Source: Atractiella rhizophila (Eukaryota). Taken from it: a stretch of 64,000 nt of DNA. The stretch covers positions 31,988 through 95,987 of the forward strand of contig MU271241.1 in NCBI GenBank assembly GCA_021432655.1, in the 5' to 3' direction. A program made the translations under genes and the position numbers. Positions 12,451 to 24,799 of the stretch are shown here, piece after piece. The notes under the pieces are model-generated. The model was not told the DNA's origin. It was given only the letters and a program-made list of their open reading frames with translations, and ran no database searches. How positions within the stretch are numbered: the first letter of the stretch is position 1; the number at the start of each line of letters is the position of its first letter.

Positions 12451-13033
12451 ATGAAGTTGATCAGGTCCGTGCACTTTATCCATTTGTGAATGTTACTGAA
12501 CAGGGTGGTGGTGGCATGGGAACAGGTTCCTCCAAAAGCTGAACAACGAGACGGTGACTGTGGAATTGAAGAATGGCACGGTTGTACATGGAACGATCAT
12601 AGGTCTGTCTCTCCACCACTTCCGTATTCCACATTTTATTCTAAACTGACTCTGTCTGTATTGGGATTGGTTTGGTTTAGGAGTGGATGTGTCGATGAAC
12701 ACCCATCTAAAGACGGTAAAAATGACGGTGAAGAACCGTTCGCCCCAATCACTCGACTCCCTCTCCATCCGAGGAGCCAACATCCGCTACTTCGTTCTTC
12801 CGGACTCGTTGCCGCTCGATACGCTCTTGGTGGATGATATGCCCAAGCCCAAGAAGGTGCGTGTTTCCGCTTTCAATAGTCAGAAAAAGAAGGGAGGGGT
12901 GATGATGACTTGGTGGCGATGGCAGCGGAAAGAGGGCGAGAGAGGTGGTGCACCCAGAGGTGGACCGAGGGGAAGGGGTGGGAGAGGTGGAAGTCGGCCT
13001 GGTATGGGAAGGGGAGGAAGAGGGAGACGGTAG
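12451..13033 (+). CDS. SMD1: Small nuclear ribonucleoprotein Sm D1
   Basis: MKLIR|F...[19 protein letters not shown]...MNTHLKTVK...[26 protein letters not shown] and an RG-rich tail. Confidence 0.97.
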
Positions 13034-13164
13034 ATGTGTGGAGAGAAGGAGGAAAGGTGTGTCGTTCTGTTCTTGTTCGTGTAAAATGGCAATACAAAAG
13101 TACATCCACATTCCCTTCGTCTCCTCTGTACCCATACCATATATGGTCACAACTTCATAAGTGC

Positions 13165-14013
13165 TCATCGAGCAACAGGCGTCTTAGCTCCATCCGTTGG
13201 TCGCACCTTATTGAACTTTGGCAATGTCTGTACACAATGTCTTCAGCAATTCTTCCTCAAACCGTGATGTGAAGCACGAACCTCGCGTAAATATTCAAGA
13301 TGCTTAACATGCAACGCTCTCGCCTGTCCCTCCCCCTCTCCCGTCCACCTCCTCCTCACGACATCCGGTCCGAATCCAAAAACGCTCGTAAAATCAGGCA
13401 ACATCTCCGCTTCCTCCTCCACCTTCTGCTCCTTCTTCTGCACCTGCACCTCCATCCCTCCGCCTTCGCTTTCGCCCTCAGAAGCCTCAGATGATGACGA
13501 AGATGGCAGAGGAGTCGGCGAACTGGCTTCTGTTGTGATTTGAGGCAAGAGGATGACGCCGGCAGAGATACAGCAGTTGGAACCGATGGAGACGAGGGAA
13601 GTGGTGCGTGATTTGGGCTCGAAGGTGTTATGGTTACCGATGACAGGGGATTCGATGCGAGCTCCGACTTCGAAGAGGTTCCAATCGCCTATTCGCATGG
13701 GCGTCACGCTCCTGCCTCCTCACTTTACTTCATCCTCTTTCCTTCCTGTCAGTTGAGAGATAAACAAACCGGTTGATGAGGACCGTGTTCTCTTCGAAGA
13801 TGTTGCCTCGTCCTATGATCAATGGACCTTTGGGAGAGAGAATGGTGCATTTGGGATGGAGGACACATTGGGGGCCGATGGTGATTATGCCTCGTAAATC
13901 GGTGTCGGCTGCCACTACTGAGGAGGGATGGATGGAGATCTGGTTTCTTTATGCATCTCAGCGTAACTTCTGGCTGGGAACAAAGATACTCACTGCAGTG
14001 GAAGTGCAGCCAT
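13165..14013 (-). CDS. DCTN6: Dynactin subunit 6 (p27), left-handed beta-helix
   Basis: DTDLRGIITIGPQCVLHPKCTILSPKGPLIIGRGNIFEENTVLIN, MRIGDWNLFEVGA, HVKHLEYLRE|TLPKFNK. Confidence 0.92.
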
Positions 14014-14135
14014 TGTGGTTGCCTTGTTCGTCTGCTCTAGCTGAGAAATGCGGGTCGCGTCTCAAAAACAATCAGTCCCTTGTTACACTTTTCGCGGATA
14101 TCTCCTTCAAACTTGTGCTGATAATCCGATAAACG

Positions 14136-15810
14136 ATGAGCACCATTCTCACATCCATCGCTTCTTCCTCCGCTCTCTTCAGCCACCCATTCCCCTACAC
14201 TCCCGTCATTTCCACCGCCGCCCTCTTCCCACCCCAGACCTTCGAACAACACTGCATCCGGGACCCCATCCCCTCCGAGCTCCTGCTCTTCAAGCCCTCC
14301 GAGCCACGCGCACACGGAAACGGCGAAGAGCCGTTGGAGGACGAGGAGGACGGGATCTGGCCGACGGATGTGAGAGCTAAGACGCCGAGGAAGAGGGGAG
14401 TCGCGGCGCTTAGTATGGGAGGAGGAGAGGAGGGGGTGGGGAGGAGAAGCACGGTTGGTGCAGGGAGGAGGAGTGTGCGGACGAAGAGTCTGGGCGTTGG
14501 AGGTGGGAGGACGGGAGATGGGATGGAAGATTGTGAACGAAATTTGGCTGAGGCGGCGAGGTTATTGGACATTTGGTTCGTATTCTCTCATCTATCGTGC
14601 TACAAAAGGTGAAGGGGGATGCACCAGCCCGATCCCGCACCTCCAAGAACGCGTTCACGCCCTGACCACTGCCTTATCGTCCGTCAAGTCATCCATCTCT
14701 CGCTCCGAACAAATCCTCAACGGCTCTTCCTCTTCCTCTTCTTCTACGGCTCTCTCAGAGCTCATAGCGGCGGAAGAAGCGTCCATTGCCGCCCTGGAAC
14801 GTGAAGTCGAGCAAGCGCGCCAGGCGGCGGCGTCTCGGGTGAAGAAGAAGGCAGTTGTGCCCCGCCAGTCTAAAGTGGGCGGCATTCGAGCCAAGCAGGA
14901 TGCGAAGGGGGGAGAGATTGATGAGATATCATCCTCGAGACACGCTCAACAAGAGGAGAGGAAAAAGGCAACGAAGAAACCGCTGACTACTGAGGAGGAA
15001 GAGGAGCTCAAGGCTTTTGCTCCTTCCTCCAAATTAGGAACAAAGAAGGAACGTGCCCCGTTGACGAAGGATCAGGAAGAAGAGCTTGCTGCATTCGCGC
15101 CAAAGCCGAAGGTCGCGAGTGCAACTACGAGCTCAGGTCTCACATCTGTGGATGTTGCTGAGGAAACTCAGAAGAAGGAGGCAAGGACTGAAGAAGAGAC
15201 GATAAAGATTGCATCGTCAGCTACGCAGCCGACCATTGAGGCAGAACCGACGACTCCAACAACTCCAATCACTCCGGCACCTCCGCCCCTCCTTCCTCCA
15301 GCACCGACAACCAAAACCACATCTCAGTCTAAACCTACAATCGATTTGCTCCCTGGTCTCACATCTCACAGCCTCTCACGAGCCATCGTTCGTATCCCAT
15401 TCCTCCCTTCTTCATCTGCTCATTTCATATTTTCTCAGGCGAGGATCCAACACCTTCATCCCTCCCTCCCCTCCTCCTACTCCTCTCTTCTCCCCCTCCT
15501 CCCTCAAACAACCGAAGGCATGATCCTCCGCACCCTTCTTCAACATCACTTCACCTCTTCCTCCTCCTTACCTGTGCACGTCAAACCTAGTCTGTCAGCC
15601 TCGTTATTAGGAGGCGGAGGAGAGGGAGACGGAAACGAGGCGCTCGTATCGATGGACGGTTTGAAGGCTTTTTTGGCCGCTGGATCTGGGTCTGGAGAAG
15701 GTGGAGCGGTGGATGGAGGAGAGGTCACCAAGGCTGTGTATAGGCTTGTGGGGAGGAGAGTATTGAGGATCGATCGAAAAGGAAGAGAAGCGTTGGTCGG
15801 TTTCGCTTGA
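14136..15810 (+). CDS. Probable DASH/Dam1 complex subunit Spc34-like protein with a long C-terminal extension
   Basis: N-terminal IRDPIPSELLLF resembles the Spc34 IRDxxxxExxLF motif; coiled coil ELIAAEEASIAALEREVEQ; one intron near 14576. Confidence 0.6.
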
Positions 15811-15891
15811 TCATCACCTCGCCGTCCTCCCGTCCATCTAACCCAAGCCTCCTACTTCTATCGCTCTATCTGCTTCGAAGTGAAGGATCGG

Positions 15892-17047
15892 TCAAAGGAC
15901 CGTGGAGAGGTAGAGCGCAAACAACTCCGCCACCTTCTCCGGCTTGTACTCCACCCCATTCGCTTTTGACATCTGCACGAAGACGCGTTTGTGTCTGTTC
16001 AGTAGCGGGAGGGTGAGAGTCTTTGGTGGAAGAGGAGGGAGGGAGAGAGAGAAGGAGGAGGGACCGGATAGAGAGGAGAGGTCGAGAGGGAGGACGAGGG
16101 AGGTGCCGGATAACGTCTGCCCGCTCCCTAGAGACGTTTGGAGGGCGAGCAGGGAACGGATTAGGATGGTGGTCGTGCCATCCAGCGTGTGGAGGTAGTC
16201 TGTCGTCGAGACGGGTGTCTGTACGATGTTGGGATGAAATCAATAAATGTCTTGACGTTGTGAAAGATGAAAGATGATAAGAAAGGGAACTAACAGCGAT
16301 GGTGGCTATGTTGGGTCGCTTCACTTCTCCGCTTGTGAGAACTGTCAAGATATCTTCTGCGATCGGTAAAGAGGAGATTTCTCCGTCGATCCAGGGTATG
16401 AGGAAGTGTGGAGAGTCCCATCGATTAGACGGTATGGGCTCTTCGTAACGACTAATCAGGTTCTCGAGGCTTCCATCAACCTATCAGATGATGGAATGAT
16501 AATTTGGAAGAGGCAGACACACGTCGCTTCGCCGTATTGCTCTGAAAGGGGACGAGAAGCGTTCCACTTTTTGCATTCATCAGGAGGAGCAGCAATCTGG
16601 ACCTATCCCAAATCGCTCCATCAGTTACAATTCTTAGAGCTACGGTAGATGTAGAAAACTCACAGTAACATGTCTGACCCTCGCTTCTCTCGCTGCACAG
16701 TACAATTGGTACCTAAAGCCCTTGATGTAGTTCATTCCATCCGCGATGACCACTCTCTTCCCTCCATCCGCTTCATTCGACAACATCCTCACCACGGCGG
16801 AGAAAAAGGCGTTTCGAGCCGGTTTTTCGGTTTTCGAATCTGTTGTTTCCATTCACGAACATCAACACTGCGATCTTTCAGGAAGATGGTCAGGATGCAT
16901 ACCATCGTAAGCGCTGCGAGAGAGGGAGAGCGACTCGTCGTTGATGATGATTGGACAGAGAGAGCGTGATGCGAGGAATGCGCTGAGTTCGGAAGAACGC
17001 GTGGTCTTCCCGCAGGATGGAGGGCCAGTGATGAATACCACAGACAT
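15892..17047 (-). CDS. KTI12: Elongator-associated P-loop protein Kti12
   Basis: VFITGPPSCGKTTRS, EKPARNAFFSAV, VIADGMNYIKGFRYQLYCAARE; C-terminus LTLPLLNRHKRVFVQM...LFALYL. Confidence 0.96.
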
Positions 17048-18125
17048 TTGTCAAGCTATCGCATATATATCGAGGCTCCAGGCTGGAGAGACAATGATGT
17101 TCGCTTGGTGTAGGCAGCGGGCGGGATCCGCCACCGAAAGTCAGTCAGTAGAAGGAGACGAATGATGCACGACGGAATCCAGAAAGTTAAAGCTGCCTGA
17201 GCACGACAGGGAAGAATAGCGCAGCATAGGTCATTTAGACTGGGGCAGGGACTGGGAACACGGGAGTACAATGGTTGGTTTAAATGGCAGAACCTTGGAG
17301 AATATCCATTTCTGTATATTTGAAGCAAACGGTGTGTAAAGCTCCTCCTTCACAGCTTGAGATTACTCGCGTCGACAGTTTTCCACTGCGCTTTAGCGTT
17401 CTTAAACATTTTATGCTACACATACGGTTGATTGACGAAGTTGTAAACTTCAAATGAAGGATGAAGTGATGAGGTGGCATAGCCTTCCACTCGGGGCTTG
17501 CTCCCTCCAACGTTTCCCCCCACGGTAGAGCAGAGCAGAGCTTCCAAGCAGTTGCTGTTTCTGAATGGTTTTGAAATGATGCCTGGGGCTTTGTGTGGAG
17601 AAACATATGAGATGACTCCAGAGGAGTTGATCCAATGTATGTGGCTTTAGGAGAATAAACTGCACACAATAAAATCCTCCTTGTCCACCTTTGACTCCTG
17701 CGACCGTGTCCTTGTGTAGTGAGGATAACAATATCGATTTATTTCATGCTCACATCGAGCGAGAGCGCTTAGACGTAAAGCCTGGTTTCTACTTTTACAA
17801 CCGACAACTCTCGATTGTTTTCATGTTGATCCCCCGCTGAAAATCAGTTAGAATGATAACCAAGTTCTGCAGAGCGATCCAGTGTCCTCGAATTTTTCCA
17901 TGACCTTCACCCGTACAATTGTGACACAGCGAAAAGTCACAGCTTGTGAAAATGCCATGACCAGGAGGATTGAGCGGAACATGTCACTGCTGCCTGTAGG
18001 ATTCAAACTAGTTCGGGGAATCCATTTGTTACAGCTCTCAAGTAACCAAAGTTGCCCATCGCATACTGAATCATGACGAGGGCCTATTTGGAACACCGTG
18101 CCTCAGAAAGAGGGCTGGGCAAGCA

Positions 18126-18132
18126 TATAAAA
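18126..18132 (+). promoter_or_regulatory. TATA box upstream of sulfurase-like copy 1
   Basis: GGGCAAGCATATAAAA is conserved exactly in the paralogous promoter (TATAAAA at 21635-21641). Confidence 0.5.
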
Positions 18133-18317
18133 GGCCATCGATGAGCGAAAGCAGCTAGAATAACCCAAAATTTTTCAGCACCTGTTGCCTCCCAAAGACC
18201 TCGGGGAACATTCAAAAGTACATGGTGGGCTTGTAGCTGTAGAGTGAGTGACAAATCTTCTCTGGCTACAATATCCTGCTACTCAAGGAATTTGGAGAGG
18301 TCGAAGTCGCAGCAGAG

Positions 18318-20212
18318 ATGACAGAGTTGGAGTTGAAGGACAAGAAAGGGTCACGGTGGTGGCTTTTGCTGTCGAGGCGAATGCAGCGTCATCGTGCTGT
18401 GGCGCCCCGCTTGCGGGACAGCGAGCGGTCGAGTCTAATGTTCTCCGAAATTATCTCTCTTTCCATTGGACACGTGTCCAATTTCCAGCGAGCGTCCTCT
18501 TCCTTCATCGCGGCATATCCCGCCTATGCGTCCCCATCCCTCGAATCCCTTAGAAGAACGGACTTCTCCCGTCTGGACTCACCTGCACCTTCCTCCGACT
18601 CGCAAACGACATATCTCGACTACACTGGTGCAGCGCTTTACCCATCCAGACTGATCACTTCCTTCGCCGATCGGCTACAGAATAACGTCTACGGAAACCC
18701 GCACTCTTCGAACCCATGCTCGAAAAGGAGTGAAGGGGGAGACTTGGAGGCGAGGAAAGCTTTGCTGAGCTTCCTCGATGTCGCTGACGAAGAGGAATAC
18801 GAGGTCGTCTGGACATCAAATGCGACTGGTGCGTTGCGGATCGTGGGCGAGGGATTTGAGTATGAGGAAGGGATGAAACTCATCCTAGGAGTCGACTCTC
18901 ACAGTACGTTGGTTCTTGATACAGGTTTTGGCTGGCTGGAACTGATCGCTAACGTATTAGACAGCGTGAATGGTATGAGGTGCTTCGCAAAGACAGGGGG
19001 GGCAGAAGTTGTTTATCTATCAATGGACGAAGGTGACTACTTCAGAGCAGCTGCCTCCGTAAAAGTAAGTCGGCTTCCTCAGGAACCACGTCTTCAAGCT
19101 CACGCCTTTCAACAGGAAGGGCTTGAAGCAGCTTCAACTTCGGCGCCTACAGTCAAATCCAGAGGTCTCTTCGTACTAACTGGTCAATCGAATCTTACAG
19201 GCATCAGGTATCCACTTTCTCTCCTTTCACAAGCCGCTGCCCTTGGATACACGACCGTTCTCGACGCATCCGCTCTGCTTGGTTCGAGTCGGATCTCCCT
19301 CAAGCATTATTCATCCATCGACGCCATCGCATTGAGCATTTACAAACTATTCGGATTCCCTACCGGTCTAGGAGCTCTCGTCATCAAGAAATCTCTCCTC
19401 CTGAAACTAAAGAAACCTTGGTTCAGCGGTGGCACCGTCCAACTGGCGCAATGTCCAGGAGACGCCGTGACACTAGCAAAAGGATCAGAACGATTTATGG
19501 ACGGGACGATCAACTTTCTGAGCATCCTTTGCGTCCCGCTTGGATTTGATATCTTGCAGGGGCACATGGACGATATAAGGAGAAGATTACCCTGCCTTGT
19601 GCACTGGACGATACAAAATATGGCGCTCCTGAAGCATTCGTCCGGTTCACCCTTAGTCGCGATTAGAAGTCCTCAGCCTAATCTGGATCTGAACACATTG
19701 AGGAACCATTATGGGGCCATTGTCACTTTCGAAATCATGGATGAACAGGGAGTTTACGTGAGCTCTGAGGCGGTAGAACAGGAGGCGGGTAGAAAGGTAT
19801 GTTGAAGCTTACAGTTGCATTCGATATCCAGATTCATGATACATCCAGGGCATCTGCTTTCGCTCTGGCTGCATGTGCAATCCAGGCTAGTCTCCGTCGT
19901 GTCCTCAGGCAACAGCTAACAGTGGTTGAAATAGGAGCAGCCGCGGTACTCATGGGCACAGAACACGTGATGAAGCAAGTGAAAGCAGGAGATACAAGCC
20001 AGGACATGTGGTCTTTATTGGGACCGCGCGCCGACGGGCTCTGTCGAGTCTCTTTTGGACTTGCGTCTAATTTCAAGGTATGGGCTCCATACTTACCATC
20101 AACATGGGGTCAATCTGATCATGACCAGGATGCATGGACATTGTTGACCTTTCTCGAGACTCTTTTACAACCTGGAGTGCTCCGTCAAGTTGTGGACAGT
20201 CACCAGAGATGA
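18318..20212 (+). CDS. Moco-sulfurase-like PLP enzyme (class V aminotransferase fold), no MOSC domain, copy 1
   Basis: YLDYTGAALYP, YGNPHS, H|NSVNGMR, SIYKLFGFPTGLGAL (PLP lysine), KKPWFSGGTV, FMDGTINF, RSGCMCNPG, CRVSFG. Confidence 0.92.
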
Positions 20213-21810
20213 GTGAGAAGCAGGGCTACCGAATGATTTCGTCTTAAATTATCAAGTTTTGCGGCACACTTCGTCTCTCACATTTCGATATCATCAGCTT
20301 CATGTTCTTTGTGAATAATACGTTTGAGTGATCGAATTTCCTTTCAGAATAGACGTTCACATATGTTGTGTATAAATAATACTCCAGGAGTGACGAAGAG
20401 TCAAGATCAGGTTTTGAACCTACAAAACTTCAGCATCTCACATGAAGCGCCTTCAACCGAATGATTCCAAGCTGTTCAAATATTTTCAGACCGTCCACGG
20501 TGATCGAACCTGTGGTCATTCGCTAATTGCACGTTGTCTCTTCATCCACCACAGTCATTTTTCAAGCTATAATGTATTATATCGATAACGTCTCAAATAA
20601 GCCCAGACCGGTAAGTTTGGCGGGCGGGATTAGCTACCATTTACGGAAAGCTGATTTGTTCTCGTTCAATCAAAAACGATGGGATGTGAAACACGTACGT
20701 GAAGCACGAGGGCGTAATATAGGATATGCGATATGCGAGAATGGTGTGAGCTGGGTAGGGAGGACAGCGTACTAGGCTCAAAGGGGAAAAATCATTATTT
20801 ATGTTAGTGAAGGGTGCGTGCAGTGAAGCTACTCATTAACAACTTCAAATTACTCGACAGTTTTCCAGTTCGCTTCAGTGCTCCTAAATATGTGGTTGAT
20901 TGACGGCGTTGAAAACTTCACACTTCATGTGAACGGTGAGTATGGCATAGCCTGCCTGTCGCGGCACACGGGGTTCCAGCCGCCAAGGCTTCGACATTTC
21001 ACCCGACACTCGAGCATTGGCAAAGCATCAATGTCGGGCGGTTCTGAATGATCCTGAAACGGTGCCGTAGAACCTTTAGAACCTTTGTGAAGAAATAATT
21101 CTGAGATGGGACGCCGGAGCACTGAGTTTAATATGTAGGCTTTAGAGAATGCAAATAGAAGCTCATTCATCTTTCTTGTCCACCTTTGGCTCCTTGGACC
21201 GTGTCCTTGTGTAGTGAGGATACTAATTTTGATTATTTCATGTTTACACCAAGGGAGAGGACCGAGCGTAAAGCCCCGTTCTAGTCGTTTTCATGTTGCA
21301 ATATTAATCGATCCAGCTCCGTCAGTTGCCTGTTGCCTTGGGGCTCTGCCGCTGAAAATCAGCTGGACGATACCAAGCTCTGCAGAGCGATCGACCCTTC
21401 TCGGATATTTCCATTACGCTACCTTCGCAATGGCGATGTCATAACTGTCGAACTACCACAACTGGTGAGGACTGTGCGGAATACCCGACCCACTCCTGCC
21501 TGCAGGATTCGAACGGGTTTGGAGGAATCCGTTTGTCACGGCTCTCCGCTCCCAAGATCGTCCATCTCCTCTTGAATGAAATATGAGGAGACCTATTTGG
21601 AACACCATGCATCAGAAGGAGGGCCGGGCAAGCATATAAAAACCCCTCGAAGAGGGCAAGCAGATAGAAAAACCCAAAAATTATCCAACTCTTGTCTCCC
21701 AAAAGCCTCGGGGAGAACATTCAAAAGAACATCGTGATCTTGTGGCGACCGCTTGGGCTTACAGTGGCAAACTCTGCCTTGCTTACAACTCTTCCGAAGT
21801 CGCCGGAGAA

Positions 21811-23747
21811 ATGTCAGAGTTGGAGCTGAAGGACAAGAAAAGGTCACAGTGGCGCTTGCTCTCGAGGCGGGTGCAGCGTCATTGTGGTATCGCGCCCCGC
21901 TTGCGGGACATTGAGAGGTCGACTCTCATGTTCCCTGAAATTATTTCTCTTTCGATGGCCGTAGCAGTAGAACATGTCTCCAATTTTCAGCAAGATTTCT
22001 CTTCCTTCATAGCTACATATCCCGCTTATGCCTCCCCCTCCCTGGACTCCCTTCGTAGAACGGATTTCTCCCGTTTGGACACTCCTGTACCATCTGCCTC
22101 GGTCTCACAAACAACATACCTCGACTACACAGGAGCAGCACTGTACCCATCCAGACTGATCACTTTTTTCGCCGGGCAGCTACAGAATAATGTTTACGGA
22201 AATCCCCACTCTTCGAACCCATGCTCAAAAAGAAGTGAACGTGGAGACTTGGTGGCGAGGAAAGCTTTGTTGAGCTTCCTCGATGTCGCTGACGAAGATG
22301 AATACGAGGTCGTCTGGACATCGAATGCGACTGGCGCGTTGCGGATTGTAGGTGAGGGGTTTGTGTATGAGGAAGGGATGAAACTCGTCCTTGGAGTCGA
22401 CTCTCACAGTACGTCGGCACTTGATACAAGTTTGGTTCGCCGAATGTTGATTTGACGGATTAGACAGCGTGAACGGTATGAGATGCTTTGCAAAGGCGGC
22501 GGGAGCGGAAGTTGTTTATTTGTCTATGGACGAAGGGGAGTATTCAAAAGCAGCAGCCTCATTGAAGGTCAGTCATTTTCCTCAAGAACGAATTCTTCAA
22601 ACTCACCTTGCAAACAGGAAGGACTTGTTGCAACTTCAGCTTCAGCTCTCACGACCAAATCTAGAGGTATCTTCGTACTGACTGGCCAATCGAATCTTAC
22701 AGGCATCAAGTATCCACTTTCTCTCCTTGCGCAAGCCTCCGCACTTGGATACGCCACCTTTCTCGACGCATCTGCTTTGCTTGGTACTAGCCGTATCTCT
22801 CTAAAACGTTTCCCATCCATCGATGCCATAGCATTGAGCATCTACAAACTATTCGGATTCCCTACCGGTCTAGGAGCTCTCATCATCAAAAAGTCACTTT
22901 TCTCGGAACTGAAGAAACCTTGGTTTAGCGGGGGCACTGTAGAGCTTGCACAGTGTCCCGGAGACGTCGTGACATTGGAAAGAGGGGCAGAACGATTTAT
23001 GGACGGCACCATCAACTTTCTGAGCACCATTTGTGTTCCTCTTGGATTCGATATTTTGCAGACACACATGAACGACATGAGGAGGAGACTCCCATGCCTC
23101 GTCCACTGGACCGTCCAAAATATGGCGCTCCTGAAGCATTCATCTGGTTCACCCTTAGTCGTGGTTAGAAGTCCCCAGGCTAATCTGGATCTGAACACAC
23201 TGAGGGATCACTATGGAGCCATTATCCCATTATCACTTTCGAGATCATGGATGAACAGGGAGTTTTCGTGAGCTCTGAGGCGGTGGAACAGGCAGCGGGT
23301 AGAAAGGTATGTTGGAGTCCCTATCCTGATGCAGACTCATATGCGGGATGCAGGGCATCTGCTTCCGGTCTGGCTGCATGTGCAATCCAGGTCGGTGTCC
23401 CTTCCGCACATATTGATCGGATAGGTGACCGTTGTTCGACTAGGAGGAGCCGCGGTGCTGATGGGTGTCGAACATTTGATGCGGCAGGTGAAGGCAGGCG
23501 ACACAAGTCAAGACATGCTGTCTTCATTGGGACAGCGTGCTGACGGTCTCTGTCGAGTCTCTTTTGGACTCGCTTCTAATTTCAAGGTATGGGGTTTTCT
23601 TCTCGTTATCGAACTGGACGTCATTCTGATCGTGACCAGGATGCCTGGACGCTGTTGGACTTTCTCGAGACTCTTTTACAGCCGGGAGTGCTCCGTCAGG
23701 TTGTCGACAGTCACCAGAAATCAAAGCAAAGCGAGGCGACCCAATGA
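21811..23747 (+). pseudogene. Moco-sulfurase-like PLP enzyme copy 2, frameshifted
   Basis: Same motifs as copy 1, but CCATTATC is duplicated (23219-23234), giving a stop at 23271 before GCMCNPG. Confidence 0.8.
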
Positions 23748-24413
23748 CCTTATCAAATTATCAAGTTTGGCGACAGTTCGACTCTCCTTGCCAGCATCCT
23801 GAGCACTCAGCTCCTCAACTTCAATTTTTTTGGTGCATATTCAGTTCGCGTAGCTGTTTTTCTTGTCAAAATTAGTGCGGAGATAAAAATTGTGCTGTAT
23901 ACTGTAGCTGAGCAAACTTCAAATCGCCTTCAACAAACCTATTACATGTATTGTACTGATGTTTTAGACCATGCAAGACGCAATTGAGTTCCTCAAAAAC
24001 CACATTTAGGATCGCACCTCAAGTTCCTAATAAGATTAGTTGCTGATAAAACCTATACCTTTATCACTCAATCTAAATTGGCTGTTATTCAGGTAGGGAT
24101 AACATATGGGTGTAGAAGCAAGGATATTATGAATCCAGAAATAAGTAAGAAAATGATTAGTTTTGAGAGATTACAATATCGAGCTAGTGTGAAGGATTGT
24201 TTCACGGATGTGTTACGGTTCCTGATAACACATCAAGCCCGCTCATACGACCAGCTTCAGCGAGACTGTCGACAGGTCGAAATGGTTCGAAGCATCCGAT
24301 ACAGTGCGATATAAAAAGGCAACGGAGCAAGCCCGCGATTCAGACCAATCGCCAGAAAGCAACCAGTCTCATTCGTTGCCCTCACATCTTTCATGGCACG
24401 GATGACAAATAGC

Positions 24414-24601
24414 TTGTATACAGTACACCCTCAGGCTCCCTGCAATTTCAGGTGAAGAGCACATACGAGTACTCAAGCTGCTTGCTTGCCTAGCTTCCAA
24501 TGAGTCCGTTTACTTGCCTCAGTATTGTATACAGTACACCCTCAGGCTCCCTGCGATTTCAGGTGAAGAGAATATACGAGTACTCGAGCTGCTTGCTTGC
24601 C
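24414..24601. repeat. 77-bp direct repeat pair, period 111 bp
   Basis: TTGTATACAGTACACCCTCAGGCTCCCTGC...GCTGCTTGCTTGCC at 24414-24490 and 24525-24601 with about 4 mismatches. Confidence 0.95.
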
Positions 24602-24799
24602 CAACATTTTCACCTGCCTACGTCATGGGTTAGAGTAGTAAATAGCCGCTTCGGCATTTCCTAATTCGTGAGAACAAACATCTGGTGCAAAACGAACCGC
24701 GAACCTTTGGTGATTAGGGGCGACTTCCCACCATTTCCTCTCTTCTTGCGTGATATTCTCAGTGCCAGCCCCAGCCAGTCCACCACGTAGCGACCAGCG

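Larger units (their letters stand above)
17360..23790. repeat. Older tandem duplication of about 3.5 kb (about 17360-20290 vs about 20850-23790) covering promoter and sulfurase-like gene
   Basis: Colinear similarity in non-coding DNA (CGACAGTTTTCCA, GACCGTGTCCTTGTGTAGTGAGGATA, CCTATTTGGAACACC) and across the CDS, with many substitutions. Confidence 0.93.

Noticed and set aside
17280..18100. ORFs upstream of sulfurase-like copy 1
   Set aside because: Frames are not preserved in the paralogous region (20850-21600); better explained as duplicated non-coding DNA.
20400..20560. Two tRNA-like B-box motifs on the minus strand (GGTTCGATCACC, GGTTCAAAACC) between the sulfurase-like copies
   Set aside because: No complete cloverleaf: D-arm or acceptor stem is missing and T-stems are mismatched. 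tRNAscan-SE would settle whether these are relics.
15892..23747. Selenocysteine machinery (Kti12 is PSTK-related, next to class V PLP enzymes)
   Set aside because: The motifs are those of Kti12, and I saw no in-frame TGA at catalytic positions, no SECIS and no tRNA-Sec.
23990..24190. AT-rich patch with TAGGGATAACA (mitochondrial rRNA- or homing-site-like)
   Set aside because: The match is only 11 nt and I see no flanking similarity.
24414..24601. CRISPR-like repeat-spacer-repeat
   Set aside because: Only two units of 77 bp, eukaryotic context and no cas genes.
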